Position numbers and translations under genes: made by a program
Assembly: GCA_035490755.1 (NCBI GenBank)
Contig: DATJLC010000085.1
Coordinates: forward strand, 1 to 56,009
Length of the DNA: 56,009 bases
Reading direction: 5' to 3'
DNA from: Sphingobium sp.
GTDB taxonomy: Bacteria > Pseudomonadota > Alphaproteobacteria > Sphingomonadales > Sphingomonadaceae
Shown: positions 18,763-27,907 of the stretch, in pieces
Layout of the letters: every line of letters begins with the position of its first letter
Position numbering within the stretch: position 1 is the stretch's first letter
The notes under the pieces: model-generated
Seen by the model: only the letters and a program-made list of their open reading frames with translations
What the model was told of the DNA's origin: nothing
The model's database searches: none

Positions 18763-18836
18763 AACAAGACGTGCTGCCCGCGCTGCAAGCACGCGTCCAG
18801 GCAGTCCTCACCGCCAACCCCAAGGAAACCCCATGA
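18763..18836 (+). pseudogene. 3' remainder of interrupted uracil-DNA glycosylase gene
   Basis: Removing the transposon gives ...NPWFQQDVLPALQARVQAVLTANPKETP*. Confidence 0.85.
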
Positions 18837-18952
18837 CCGACGACACCGCCGCCATTACCGAGCTGCTGCACAAGTACTACGACACCCTGGCCTGGGCGAA
18901 CGGAGACAGGCACCGGCTTTGGAGCGATGAACGACGGCTTCAGGTGCGGTAG
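18833..18952 (+). pseudogene. Truncated SnoaL/NTF2-like gene start
   Basis: ATGA overlap with UDG stop, AAGGA RBS, MTDDTAAITELLHKYYDTL resembles NTF2-like N-terminal helix; only 39 codons. Confidence 0.45.
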
Positions 18953-18984
18953 CTGACGCCTGGGACCTCAATCACCGTATGACC

Positions 18985-18999
18985 GGGTCGAAAGCGGTC
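18985..18999 (+). repeat. Right half of 24-bp junction site (GGGTCGAAAGCGGTC)
   Basis: 14/15 identical to 30977-30991; lies at the boundary before the LysR gene. Confidence 0.6.
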
Positions 19000-19019
19000 C
19001 TTTCTCTGACAACATCGCC

Positions 19020-19904
19020 CTAGCCCGCACTCAACCCCCACAACACATCCAGCACATGTTGCGTAGGCCGCTCGACGTCCCCACCACGGTGGGCAATACC
19101 AAGTTGACGCCACAATAAGGGCTGTAATGGCCGCATGACGATCCTGGTATCGGGCAATGGCGTGGAGGCTTCATGCGGCAACAACGTCGCACCATAACCG
19201 GCCGCCACTAGGCTTTTGATCGCATCGTTGTAGTTCAGTTGAATACGCGGCGTGGGCTGCCGTCCATCACTGGCGAACCACTCCGAGGTCAAGCGCGAAA
19301 GCCGAGTAGTTTTGTCATTCAGAATTAATGGCTGGGCGGCCAGCCAACCGGGGGTCACAACATCCGGGCATTCCCAGCGAGCCGGCAAGAAGGCCATGAC
19401 CGGGTCCCGCCGCCATGGCTCGATCCGCAATTCCTTCACCGGGGTCTGTGGCAGCGCGACCAGACCGATCTCCAAAGAGCCCTCGGCAAGCTTCTTCAAA
19501 GTTTCCTGCGACGTGAGCACCGCGACCTGCACATCGATAGCGGGATGGCGTTGGCCCAACGTCTCCAAAGCTTGCGGCATCAACTGTGCGATGGCCCCTG
19601 TGGAGGCACCCAGCCGCACACGCCCGGCCAAGCCCTGCACCTGACGCTCCACGTCCTCAAGCGCCTGCTCCGCATCCGCCAACAGGCGCCGCGCGCGCTC
19701 CACCAGCGTTTCTCCAATCGCCGAAGGCTGAATGCGCCCACGTGTGCGCGACAACAGCTTTCCGCCAACCCGCGACTCCAGGTCGGCAATATGCAAACTG
19801 ACCGTGGGTGGCGCGAGGTGCAGCACACGGGCCGCCTCGGCAAACGAACCCAGGTCGGCAATGGCCACCAACGTGCGCAGACGGTCCAGGCTGATTTCGC
19901 GCAT
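19020..19904 (-). CDS. LysR-family transcriptional regulator
   Basis: LDRLRTLVAIADLGSFAEAARVLHLAPPTVS HTH; 294 aa. Confidence 0.92.
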   Translation of the reverse strand: MREISLDRLRTLVAIADLGSFAEAARVLHLAPPTVSLHIADLESRVGGKLLSRTRGRIQPSAIGETLVERARRLLADAEQALEDVERQVQGLAGRVRLGASTGAIAQLMPQALETLGQRHPAIDVQVAVLTSQETLKKLAEGSLEIGLVALPQTPVKELRIEPWRRDPVMAFLPARWECPDVVTPGWLAAQPLILNDKTTRLSRLTSEWFASDGRQPTPRIQLNYNDAIKSLVAAGYGATLLPHEASTPLPDTRIVMRPLQPLLWRQLGIAHRGGDVERPTQHVLDVLWGLSAG

Positions 19905-20047
19905 GAGTCACTCCTTGTTCAGAAAAGCTGAATTTCATCGTTTAGAAATTCAACTTTTCCTATCTTAGCCCCTCACTGAAGATTGGAACTCCTGATTTCC
20001 TATGTCCGAGAGCATTCCATGGCAAGTCCTCTTATATTCATCGACGG

Positions 20048-20858
20048 CGACCACTCCTCGATCTGATCGAACGGTTTGGCCGGCGGCAGGTTGTCTGCCT
20101 GCGGGTCAGCCATGTCCACATCCGGCGGTATGGGCTTGGCCGGTGGCTCCGACGTCTTGAGGTGCTGGCGGCGATCAGCGTCGCGCCGCGCCTTGCGCGT
20201 GGCCTTCTGGGCGGTGGTCACGATCTCGCGCATCTGCCCGATCATGCGGAACAGCGCCGACTCGTCCACCTGCTCGCGCCCGAGCTGACGCAATTTGGCC
20301 AGCGCCTGGCGTTGTTCCCAGAGGGTGACGGCCGGATGGGACAAGGTGCGGTAGTGGATCTCCAGATAGTGCTGACCTTCCGGTTCCAGTACCCAGATGC
20401 GGCTGATGTCGCGCGGATCGCGCCGGATCAGGAAGGCGGGCAAGCGCTCGCGCCGGGCAATCCACGGCTTGAGGGCGTCGGCGTAGTAGTGGATGTGGTC
20501 GATGACAAAGCCGGTGCGGGTCAGGGTGCGGCGGATCACCGGCAGGAAATCGACCAAAAACGCGGTGGGGCGGGTAACGACGGCCGGGACGCCAACGCGC
20601 TCCACGGCCTCGGCCCAGCGCGCGGCCGGCGGCTGGAGCAGGCCGTTGTGCACGGAGCCGTGATAGGTGCCTACCGCCAACGCGAGCCAGCGCTCCAGCT
20701 CGCGCAGCGTCAGGGTGGCCATCTTCTCGGAATCGTACTCGCCGCGCTGGCCGGGATTGGAGAAGGTCGTCCCCGGTAATTCGTCGTGGATCATCTGCAT
20801 CGCCGTGCCGATGATCCGTTCCACGATGCCGCCGTAGTGCGGCTGGCCTGGTGGGCGG
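20048..20858 (-). pseudogene. tniA: Tn402/Tn5053-family transposase TniA, C-terminal fragment
   Basis: GQPHYGGIVERIIGTAMQMIHDELPGTTFSN...AKPFDQIEEW; 5' half missing; expected stop reads TCG. Confidence 0.92.
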
Positions 20859-20859
20859 T

Positions 20860-21048
20860 GAAGACCGGAATGACCGTGAGTCCGTCGGGCCGGGTGAAGC
20901 ACACGAGCTGCAGCGCGCGTGATTTGGCCTTCAGCGGCAGGTGGACATAGAGCCGGGCCGTGAGAAGCGCACGCAGGAAATCCGGCTCATGCCGCGGATC
21001 GGCCACCGACAGGGAAATCAGGCGCTGGAGCTCGGCGGTCGACGTCAT
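20860..21048 (-). pseudogene. SseB-family protein, 3'-truncated
   Basis: DPRHEPDFLRALLTARLYVH...DGLTVIPVFT SseB-like N-terminus, runs directly into tniA DNA. Confidence 0.6.
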
Positions 21049-21059
21049 GCCGCTCAGTA

Positions 21060-22007
21060 TTACTTAGAGGTTTTGGCTCCTGCATGCTTCGCGGTACCGG
21101 CCTTGCGGGGGTTCGCGCTAGTGCGTGCCCGTGCGCGTTTCCCGACCGGCACCGGTGCGAGCGCTGCCTCCAGACTGCGCCGAAGCTCGGCCTGCTGGGC
21201 CTCCAGCGTCTCCCGTCGGGCCTGCTCTGCGGACAGATCCCGCGCCAGCTGCGCCGCGGAGGTCCGGGCCTCGGCGAGCTCGGCCTCGAGCTGACGCAGG
21301 CGCGTCGAATGCGCCTTCTCCATCGCCGTGAGCTGCTGCTTGAGATCCCGCGTTTCCTGACGCGCCCGGTCGACCTCCCCGTGGGCGCGGTCCTCGACCA
21401 CCCGCAGGTGGGTCGCCTGGGCCTCGCGCTCGGCGGCGGCTTCGGCTTGCTGCGTCTCCAATCGCGCGCGCAGGGCAGAGAGCTCGGCCTCCTGGCTGGC
21501 AAGGCGCTGCAGCGCCTCGTCCCGTTGGCGGGCGAGGTCCTCGAGCTGCCCGGTCTGCTGGTCAACCAGCCGCTGGCGCTCCTGCAGGCGTTCCTGCGCG
21601 GCCGAGAGGGCAGCCACGGCCTGCGCCTCGGCTTTCTGTGCCGTCTCCGACGCCTGGTGGGCCGCGGCGACGCGGGCATCGGCCTCCAGCCGGGCCGCCG
21701 CCAGGGTGCCGCGCTCTTCGACCAGCGCGGCCTCGGCGTGCTCGCGGGCGCTCGTCAGCGCCTGCTCCCAGAGCTGGAATGCCAGCGCGGACACCGGTTC
21801 GGGCGCATCCGGCAGCTCGACCGTGCGCCGCTGCGCGCTCAGGCGCGCCCCGAGGCCTTTCCACCAGATGTCCAGCAGCCGCGTCACGGTGTTGGGCGAG
21901 CCGGTGCCCAGGTGCTGGCGGATCCGCTCGACGGTGGGACGTTCGCCCGCCAGCAGCAGGGCATCGGCGGCCTGATCGACGTCGTTTTGGGTGATGCCAC
22001 GTGCCAT
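21060..22007 (-). CDS. KfrA_N DNA-binding coiled-coil protein (cointegrate resolution protein T-like)
   Basis: MARGITQNDVDQAADALLLAGERPTVERIRQHLGTGSPNTV followed by long coiled coil; divergent from tyrosine recombinase. Confidence 0.85.
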   Translation of the reverse strand: MARGITQNDVDQAADALLLAGERPTVERIRQHLGTGSPNTVTRLLDIWWKGLGARLSAQRRTVELPDAPEPVSALAFQLWEQALTSAREHAEAALVEERGTLAAARLEADARVAAAHQASETAQKAEAQAVAALSAAQERLQERQRLVDQQTGQLEDLARQRDEALQRLASQEAELSALRARLETQQAEAAAEREAQATHLRVVEDRAHGEVDRARQETRDLKQQLTAMEKAHSTRLRQLEAELAEARTSAAQLARDLSAEQARRETLEAQQAELRRSLEAALAPVPVGKRARARTSANPRKAGTAKHAGAKTSK

Positions 22008-22046
22008 TTGCGGCTCCTTGTCAGGTGCCCTACTCTGCGGTTTCCG

Positions 22047-22077
22047 TACCCACGATAATGGATTGTTATCGCGGGTA
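22047..22077. other. Putative tyrosine recombinase core site
   Basis: TACCCACGATAA-7 bp-TTATCGCGGGTA (11/12 inverted match) between the divergent genes. Confidence 0.65.
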
Positions 22078-22113
22078 TCGCAATGATCCCGTAGTGCGTG
22101 CTACATATTACAT

Positions 22114-23205
22114 ATGTCAAAGAACGCTGAACTGGCCGTACTCGCTGATACCCCACTTCTTCTGCCAGATCAGCTGGCCGAGGCCGCCGAGAGCGCGGTC
22201 AAGGAGATCCTCGAGGAAGCGGCGTCTGCCAACACGACGCGCAGCTACGCCAGCGCGCTTCGCTATTGGGCCGCCTGGTTTCAGGGGCGCTACGGGCGTG
22301 CCATCGAGCTACCAGTACCCGAGGTCGCGGTTGTGCAGTTCATCGTCGACCACATCGCCAGGCGCTCGGCCAAAGGGATGACGTGGGAACTGCCGGAGGC
22401 CCTCGATGCTCAGCTCGTTCGGGCACGCTTCAAGCAGCGGCCAGGCCCACTGAAGTTGAGCACCGTGGTGCACCGAATCGCAGTGCTCTCCAAGGCCCAT
22501 CAGCTGCGCCGCGTCGAGAACCCCTGCGAGCAGCCTCCTGTGCGGCATCTGCTGGCGCGGGCCCGCCGTGCCGCCAACAAACGTGGCGATCGGCCAATCA
22601 AGAAGACCGCGATTACCCGGCGAGAGCTCGAGGCGCTGGTGGCGACCTGCGACGAGACGCTCGAGGGGCTTCGCGACCGCGCCCTGCTCTACTTCGCCTT
22701 CGCCAGTGGGGGTCGTCGTCGCAGTGAGGTCGCCGCGGCGGACTTCGCGGATCTCAAGCGCCTGCCGGACGGCGGCTATGTCTACCGCCTGCAGCACAGC
22801 AAGACGCAGCAGGCCGGACCGAGTGCGAATTCAACGCCCGACAAACCGGTGCTCGGGGTCGCGGCCGAGGCCTTGGAGGCGTGGATCCGTGCAAGCGGAC
22901 TTATGGAGGGCCGGATCTTTCGACGCCTCTGGACCAATCGCATCGGCCCAGGTCTGTCGCCGGCGGCCGTCGCCGGGGTTGTCCAGCGGCGCGCGGCGCG
23001 TGCGGGGCTCGATGGCGACTTCGCAGGCCACAGCCTCCGATCTGGATTCGTGACGGAAGGTGGCCGCCAGGGTGTCGCCCTGCCCGCCCTGATGGCAATG
23101 ACGGAACATCGGGCCGTCAGCAGCGTCATTGGCTACTTCCAAGCCGGCGGCGTCGAGGACAACCCGGCAGCCAGGCTTCTAGACAAGACGGCCGTGCAGC
23201 CGTAA
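22114..23205 (+). CDS. Tyrosine recombinase (Cre/TnpS-like)
   Basis: RDRALLYFAFASGGRRRSE, HSKT, GHSLRSGF, TEHR..SSVIGY catalytic set. Confidence 0.92.
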   Translation: MSKNAELAVLADTPLLLPDQLAEAAESAVKEILEEAASANTTRSYASALRYWAAWFQGRYGRAIELPVPEVAVVQFIVDHIARRSAKGMTWELPEALDAQLVRARFKQRPGPLKLSTVVHRIAVLSKAHQLRRVENPCEQPPVRHLLARARRAANKRGDRPIKKTAITRRELEALVATCDETLEGLRDRALLYFAFASGGRRRSEVAAADFADLKRLPDGGYVYRLQHSKTQQAGPSANSTPDKPVLGVAAEALEAWIRASGLMEGRIFRRLWTNRIGPGLSPAAVAGVVQRRAARAGLDGDFAGHSLRSGFVTEGGRQGVALPALMAMTEHRAVSSVIGYFQAGGVEDNPAARLLDKTAVQP

Positions 23206-23254
23206 TCGGTCTCGGCGACAGCACGACACCCTGCCCGTCTGCGACGAGCGGCGC

Positions 23255-23277
23255 GTCCGCTTCGGATTGAAGCGGAC
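23255..23277. repeat. 23-bp variant of the palindromic site just downstream of recombinase
   Basis: GTCCGCTTC-GGATT-GAAGCGGAC perfect hairpin. Confidence 0.65.
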
Positions 23278-23696
23278 GCACCGACGCAATCGGTGACGCG
23301 TCAGCCCGCCAGCACGCTGCGGCGCAGGACCGCCACCCACACCTTGGCCCCGGCCGCGGGCCAAGGTGACTCCATGGCTACCTAGCGCAACGCGCTTAGG
23401 GACGGTCGATGGATCTGGGTCTACGGCCCCGAGGTGTCCGGACCAGGCGTTTCCCACCCACGAGGGCTTCCATGCAATGTTCAGGGTCGTGGTGTCACGC
23501 GGGCGGCTTGCGCGTGGCGCTGGGCCATACGCCGCTCCGGCACCCTGTTGCCAAGGCGCTCAGGCGGCGGCCGCCCGGCCGGACGCACGCTCATTGAAGG
23601 CTGAGCGTGACCGATGCAAGCACGCTCAGGCCCAAAACAACGTGACTAGGGATTAGCGGCGGCACGCATAACGGTCGAGTTCCGTTCGTCGCGGGT

Positions 23697-23731
23697 AATT
23701 ACACCCCAATTACACCCAGCAGGTGTAATTG
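23697..23731. repeat. Triple AATTACACC motif (two direct, one inverted)
   Basis: 23697-23705, 23708-23716, inverted 23722-23730. Confidence 0.7.
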
Positions 23732-23850
23732 TCGCAAGCACACATGAGACGCCCGTTTGGCGGGCCAATTGGCATTGCCGTGACCCGGAATATGTCCCTC
23801 ATACCTTCTACGGACTTCACTGGGGAGAGATCGTGGGCTCGTCAGCCAGC

Positions 23851-23874
23851 GTCCGCTTTCGGCCAATAGCGGAC
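23851..23874 (+). repeat. 24-bp palindromic junction site, copy B
   Basis: GTCCGCTTTCGGCCAATAGCGGAC at left edge of sulfur module. Confidence 0.8.
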
Positions 23875-23944
23875 GTCCCGTGGTGCCCAGCCTTCCCTGA
23901 AGCCCACAGCGCTTGGCCTAGATCGGCCGTCGCCGGTCACTTAA

Positions 23945-25192
23945 TTAGGCCCCGCTTTTCACGATGCGCGTCTCGGACATTCGCCATGCGGCGAGCGTTC
24001 CGGACGCGAAGGTCACTGCAGCGATAACGTAGATCGCAGAGCCCATCCCGTAGAAGTCGGCCACCAGTCCGGCGAGCACCGCACCCACTGCATACCCAAG
24101 GTCGCGCCAGAGACGATAGATCCCCACGGCTGACGCCCGCCAATCCGGACGGGCGACGTCCCCAATGGCAGCCAGCAGCGTTGGATACACCATGGCTGTG
24201 CCTGCCCCGAGCAAAACGGCGCCGACAGCAAAGCCTAGGAGCGTCTCTGCGTAGCCGGTTACGGCAATGCCGACCGCCTGCACCCACATTCCGCCAACGA
24301 TCAGCCGCTTCCGGCCCCACACGTCTGAAAGCGCTCCGGTCACGATCTGTCCCAGACCCCAGACGGCCGGGTACAGCGCCGCCAGCATGCCGATTTCAGC
24401 GATGCTCGCGCCTGCCGCTGCGTAGACGAGCGGAAACAGCCCCCAGGCCATGCCGTCGTTGAGGTTGTTGACGAGACCGGCCTGGCTGATGCTCGACAGG
24501 TTACGGTCGCCCACGCTCACCTTCCAGAACAGCTCGCGTTGGCCGTGGGGCTCAACGGCGCCCGCTACGCTGCGCGTCTCGTGATGCACGAAATGCAGCG
24601 TCTCACGCACCGCGAACGCCGACAGCACCGATCCGATGACCACGTACCCGATGCCGAGGTAGAACGGCTCGGGGCGCAAACCATAGCGAGCCGCGACCCA
24701 ACCGGTGGCGAGCGCGCTGACGGCAACGGCAAAATAGCCGGCGAACTCGTTGAGCCCCATGGCCAGGCCGCGTTGCCGGTGGCCGACGAGATCGATCTTC
24801 ATGATCACGGTGGTCGACCAGGTCAGCCCCTGGCTGACACCGAGCAGCACATTGGCCGCGAGCACCCAGTTCCAGTCCGGCGCCCACATGAGCAGGAACG
24901 GCACCGGCGCCGCGACGGCCCATCCGGCCACCAGCACGAGTTTGCGTCCGTAGCGGTCGGACAGCCTGCCGGCGACGTAGTTAGCCAGCGCCTTCGAGAT
25001 GCCGAACGCGACGATGAAGGACAGCATCGCCGTGCGTGCAACGAGCCCGAAATCCTGCTCGGCGATCGCGGGCAGGATGCTCCGCTCGAGGCCGACCATG
25101 GCGCCAACGAATGCATTGACGAGCACGAGCAGCGCGAACTGGCCGGCGTTCTCGCGAAGTCCCAGCACCGGTGGCGTCGTCGTTGGCCCCAT
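23945..25192 (-). CDS. MFS transporter
   Basis: GRLSDRYGRK and GALSDVWGRK motifs, multiple TM helices. Confidence 0.9.
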   Translation of the reverse strand: MGPTTTPPVLGLRENAGQFALLVLVNAFVGAMVGLERSILPAIAEQDFGLVARTAMLSFIVAFGISKALANYVAGRLSDRYGRKLVLVAGWAVAAPVPFLLMWAPDWNWVLAANVLLGVSQGLTWSTTVIMKIDLVGHRQRGLAMGLNEFAGYFAVAVSALATGWVAARYGLRPEPFYLGIGYVVIGSVLSAFAVRETLHFVHHETRSVAGAVEPHGQRELFWKVSVGDRNLSSISQAGLVNNLNDGMAWGLFPLVYAAAGASIAEIGMLAALYPAVWGLGQIVTGALSDVWGRKRLIVGGMWVQAVGIAVTGYAETLLGFAVGAVLLGAGTAMVYPTLLAAIGDVARPDWRASAVGIYRLWRDLGYAVGAVLAGLVADFYGMGSAIYVIAAVTFASGTLAAWRMSETRIVKSGA

Positions 25193-25231
25193 GTTCGCCT
25201 CTTGCACGTCTTCGTCGATGAGCGCCGGAGC

Positions 25232-25759
25232 TTACGTTCCCGACTGCGGCGTACCGGACTCGATCCTGCGGCGCACCTCAGCCTCGAGGCCCTTCAGCCC
25301 CCAGGCTTTTCCGATTTCGACCGCCTCGTCTGCCGGCTTGCCCTCGACCCACGCGGCCCGGAGCGCTGCCATGGCGCCGACCCGATTGCCGCTGGCGCAA
25401 TGCATCAGCACCGGCCGCTTCGCCGTTCGGACGAGCGCGTCGAACGCGATCACGTTCTCGCGGGTGAGATCGACCGCACCGCGCAGCGGCAGGTTGGAGT
25501 ACGCCAAACCGGCAGCGCGCACGGCGACCGCTTCGTCGAAGTCGGGCGTTTCCGCGTCCGGCGTGAGGTCGATCACATGGCGGACGCCGGCCTCGCGGAC
25601 GCGTGCGATGTCATCCGGCTGCAGTCGTCCCGCCGAAACGACGCCAGGCATGGGCGAAACCGCGTTGGCAATCGCCGGCAACGGAGCCGGCTCGGCCATG
25701 GTGGCGCAGCCGCCGCCTGCCAGTGCGGCGGCAAGAACCATCGGTGCGATGAGCTTCAT
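25232..25759 (-). CDS. DUF442/TIGR01244-type sulfurtransferase with export/lipoprotein signal
   Basis: PVLMHCASGNR motif; N-terminal MKLIAPMVLAAALAGGGC. Confidence 0.8.
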   Translation of the reverse strand: MKLIAPMVLAAALAGGGCATMAEPAPLPAIANAVSPMPGVVSAGRLQPDDIARVREAGVRHVIDLTPDAETPDFDEAVAVRAAGLAYSNLPLRGAVDLTRENVIAFDALVRTAKRPVLMHCASGNRVGAMAALRAAWVEGKPADEAVEIGKAWGLKGLEAEVRRRIESGTPQSGT

Positions 25760-25769
25760 GACGTACTCC

Positions 25770-26189
25770 TCAGGCGCGGTTGACGACGCGGTGCAGCAGG
25801 ATGCCGGCGAGCATGGCGGGGATGAACCACAGCGCTTCGATCGACCCGATCCCCAGGCCCGCAAGCGCAGGTCCCGGGCAATACCCGGCAATGCCCCACC
25901 CGATCCCGAACAGGGCCGCTCCTCCAAGCAGTTTGCGGTCCACGTGCTTCAGGTTCGACAGCTGGAACGTGTCGGCGAGTACCGGGCTGCCACGGCGGAG
26001 CACGAAGCGGAACAGCAACGTCGTGGTCGCGACGGCGCCACCAAGCACGAACAGCAGCGTCGGGTCGAAATCCCCAAACACGTCGAGGAAGCCGAGCACG
26101 CGGCGCGGATCGGTCATGCCCGACATCGCCAGGCCCAGGCCGAACAGCGCGCCCGAAAACAGCGCAGCAAGCGAGAACTTCTTCATCAT
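25770..26189 (-). CDS. YeeE/YedE family sulfur transporter subunit
   Basis: SGMTDPRRVLGFLD, FGIGWGIAGYCPGPA. Confidence 0.9.
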   Translation of the reverse strand: MMKKFSLAALFSGALFGLGLAMSGMTDPRRVLGFLDVFGDFDPTLLFVLGGAVATTTLLFRFVLRRGSPVLADTFQLSNLKHVDRKLLGGAALFGIGWGIAGYCPGPALAGLGIGSIEALWFIPAMLAGILLHRVVNRA

Positions 26190-26605
26190 CAGCTCCAGAG
26201 GTGGCGCACGACGAACGTGGTCGCGATAGCTGTGGCCATGAAGGTCAGCACGGCCGCCAGCGAACGCATCGAGAACCGGCCGAGGCCGCACACGCCGTGT
26301 CCGCTCGTGCAACCGTTGCCCATGCGGGTGCCGAAGCCCACGAGCAACCCGGCGACTACCAAGGCGACGCGTGAATAGTCGGTCCGCGGCAGCGGCGCGC
26401 CGGGCACCAGCGCGGTGTACAGCCCCGCCGCAACGATCAAGCCGAGCAGGAACATCGCTCGCCACGACAAGTCACCCGCATTGGGAAACAGCACGCCGTT
26501 GAGGATGCCGCTGACACCTGCGACCCGCCCGTTGAGCCAGAGCAGCAGGGTTGCAGACAGGCCGATCAGGACACCTCCGGCCAGGGCGATCATCCACGTG
26601 GTCAT
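26189..26605 (-). CDS. YeeE/YedE family sulfur transporter subunit
   Basis: GRVAGVSGI, GNGCTSGHGVCGLGRFS. Confidence 0.9.
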   Translation of the reverse strand: MTTWMIALAGGVLIGLSATLLLWLNGRVAGVSGILNGVLFPNAGDLSWRAMFLLGLIVAAGLYTALVPGAPLPRTDYSRVALVVAGLLVGFGTRMGNGCTSGHGVCGLGRFSMRSLAAVLTFMATAIATTFVVRHLWS

Positions 26606-27474
26606 GCTTCACCTCCCAACTGGTTCAGCGGTAGCCGCAGGTAACGGATGCCGTTCGCGTCCGGTGGCGGCAGTTCGCCGGCCCGGATATTGATCTGCAA
26701 CGCCGGCAGGATGAGCTTGGGCGCCGCGAGGCCGGCATCGCGCTCGGTCCTCATCTTCACGAACGCCTCCTCATCCGCCTCGCCTCCGACGTGCACATTG
26801 CGCTGCTTCTGCTCGGCGAGCGAACTCTGCGCGCGTGCTTCCCGCTCGGCCGGCGGGTAGTCGTGGCACAGGAACAGGCGCGTGCCAGCCGGCAGGTCGA
26901 ACAGCGTACGGATCGACCGGTACAGCTTGCGTGCGTCCCCGCCGGGGAAGTCCGCGCGTGCGGTGCCCGTTTCCGGCGCGAACACCGTGTCGCCCACGAA
27001 CGCCGCAGCACCGACGAGATAGGTCAGGCTGTCGTCGGTGTGCCCGGGCGTCGCGATCGCACGCGCTTCGAGCTCGCCGATGCGGAAGGTGTCTCCATCC
27101 ACGAACAGGCGATCGAACTGGCTGCCGTCGGTGGCGAACTCCGGCTCGAGGCCGAACAGCGCCTTGAAGCGTTCCTGCACTTGGGTGATGCCCCGCCCGA
27201 TCGCGACCTTCGCACCGGTCTCGCGCTTGAGGTGCGCGGCCGCGGTGAGGTGGTCGGCATGCGCGTGAGTTTCGAGGATCCAGTCCACGGTCAGCGCGTG
27301 TTCGCGCACGAACGCAAGCACGCGGTCCGCCGATGCGGTCGAGGTACGCGCCGAGGCCGGATCGTAGTCGAGCACGGGGTCGACAATGGCGGCGCGTCCA
27401 CCGTCCCGGTCATAGACAACGTAAGTGAAGGTGAACGTAGCCGGATCGTAAAAGCTCTGGACCTGCGGATTCAT
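26602..27474 (-). CDS. Persulfide dioxygenase (Blh/SdoA-type MBL fold)
   Basis: IVDPVLDYD, LETHAHADH, TPGHT, GTARADFPGG, CHDYP. Confidence 0.88.
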   Translation of the reverse strand: MNPQVQSFYDPATFTFTYVVYDRDGGRAAIVDPVLDYDPASARTSTASADRVLAFVREHALTVDWILETHAHADHLTAAAHLKRETGAKVAIGRGITQVQERFKALFGLEPEFATDGSQFDRLFVDGDTFRIGELEARAIATPGHTDDSLTYLVGAAAFVGDTVFAPETGTARADFPGGDARKLYRSIRTLFDLPAGTRLFLCHDYPPAEREARAQSSLAEQKQRNVHVGGEADEEAFVKMRTERDAGLAAPKLILPALQINIRAGELPPPDANGIRYLRLPLNQLGGEA

Positions 27475-27496
27475 CTGACGGCTCCTTGCGGCGCCC

Positions 27497-27512
27497 TTTA
27501 GATGTCGCTAAA
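27497..27512. promoter_or_regulatory. Putative ArsR/BigR operator in divergent promoter
   Basis: TTTAG-N6-CTAAA dyad in AT-rich intergenic region. Confidence 0.4.
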
Positions 27513-27561
27513 TTAGATTCATCACAAGTCATTGTCAAGCACTTACTAAACTACAGATGCC

Positions 27562-27897
27562 ATGACCCGTTCATCAAAGAAATCCCGTCCGATGCCGTCT
27601 CCCGAGCAGATGGCGCGTCATGCCGACGAGGCGGCCGCGTTGCTCAAGGCGCTAGCGCATCCGGCGCGCCTGCTCGTGCTGTGTCAGCTCGTCGAAGGCG
27701 AATCCTCGGTCGGCGAGCTGCAGCCGATCACCGGGCTCAGCATGTCCGCGCTGTCGCAGCACCTGGCCGTGCTGCGCGAGATGGAACTCGTGACCACGCG
27801 CCGTGAGTCGCAGACGATCTATTACTCCCTTGCAGAGGGCCCGGCGATGGGCGTGCTCGATGCCCTGTATGCCGCTTACTGCGCGGCGCAGGACTGA
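27562..27897 (+). CDS. bigR: ArsR/SmtB-family persulfide-sensing repressor (BigR/SqrR-like)
   Basis: LKALAHPARLLVLCQL and C-terminal AAYC cysteine pair; blh-yeeE context. Confidence 0.8.
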   Translation: MTRSSKKSRPMPSPEQMARHADEAAALLKALAHPARLLVLCQLVEGESSVGELQPITGLSMSALSQHLAVLREMELVTTRRESQTIYYSLAEGPAMGVLDALYAAYCAAQD

Positions 27898-27907
27898 GGC
27901 CCCGGCA

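Larger units (their letters stand above)
1..20858. mobile_element. Defective Tn402/Tn5053-family transposon without integron (IRi, cargo, tniA remnant; no IRt, tniB, tniQ or tniR)
   Basis: IRi at base 1 and tniA 3' part at 20048-20858 transcribed toward IRi, as in Tn402. Confidence 0.75.

Noticed and set aside
20000..20902. 300-aa ORF as intact transposase
   Set aside because: Only the C-terminal part of TniA, with foreign N- and C-terminal residues
24539..26378. Long plus-strand ORFs (414 and 459 aa) and similar long antisense ORFs elsewhere (10988-12277, 40183-41589, 49210-50508, 54314-55687)
   Set aside because: Shadow frames opposite well-supported genes, expected in high-GC DNA
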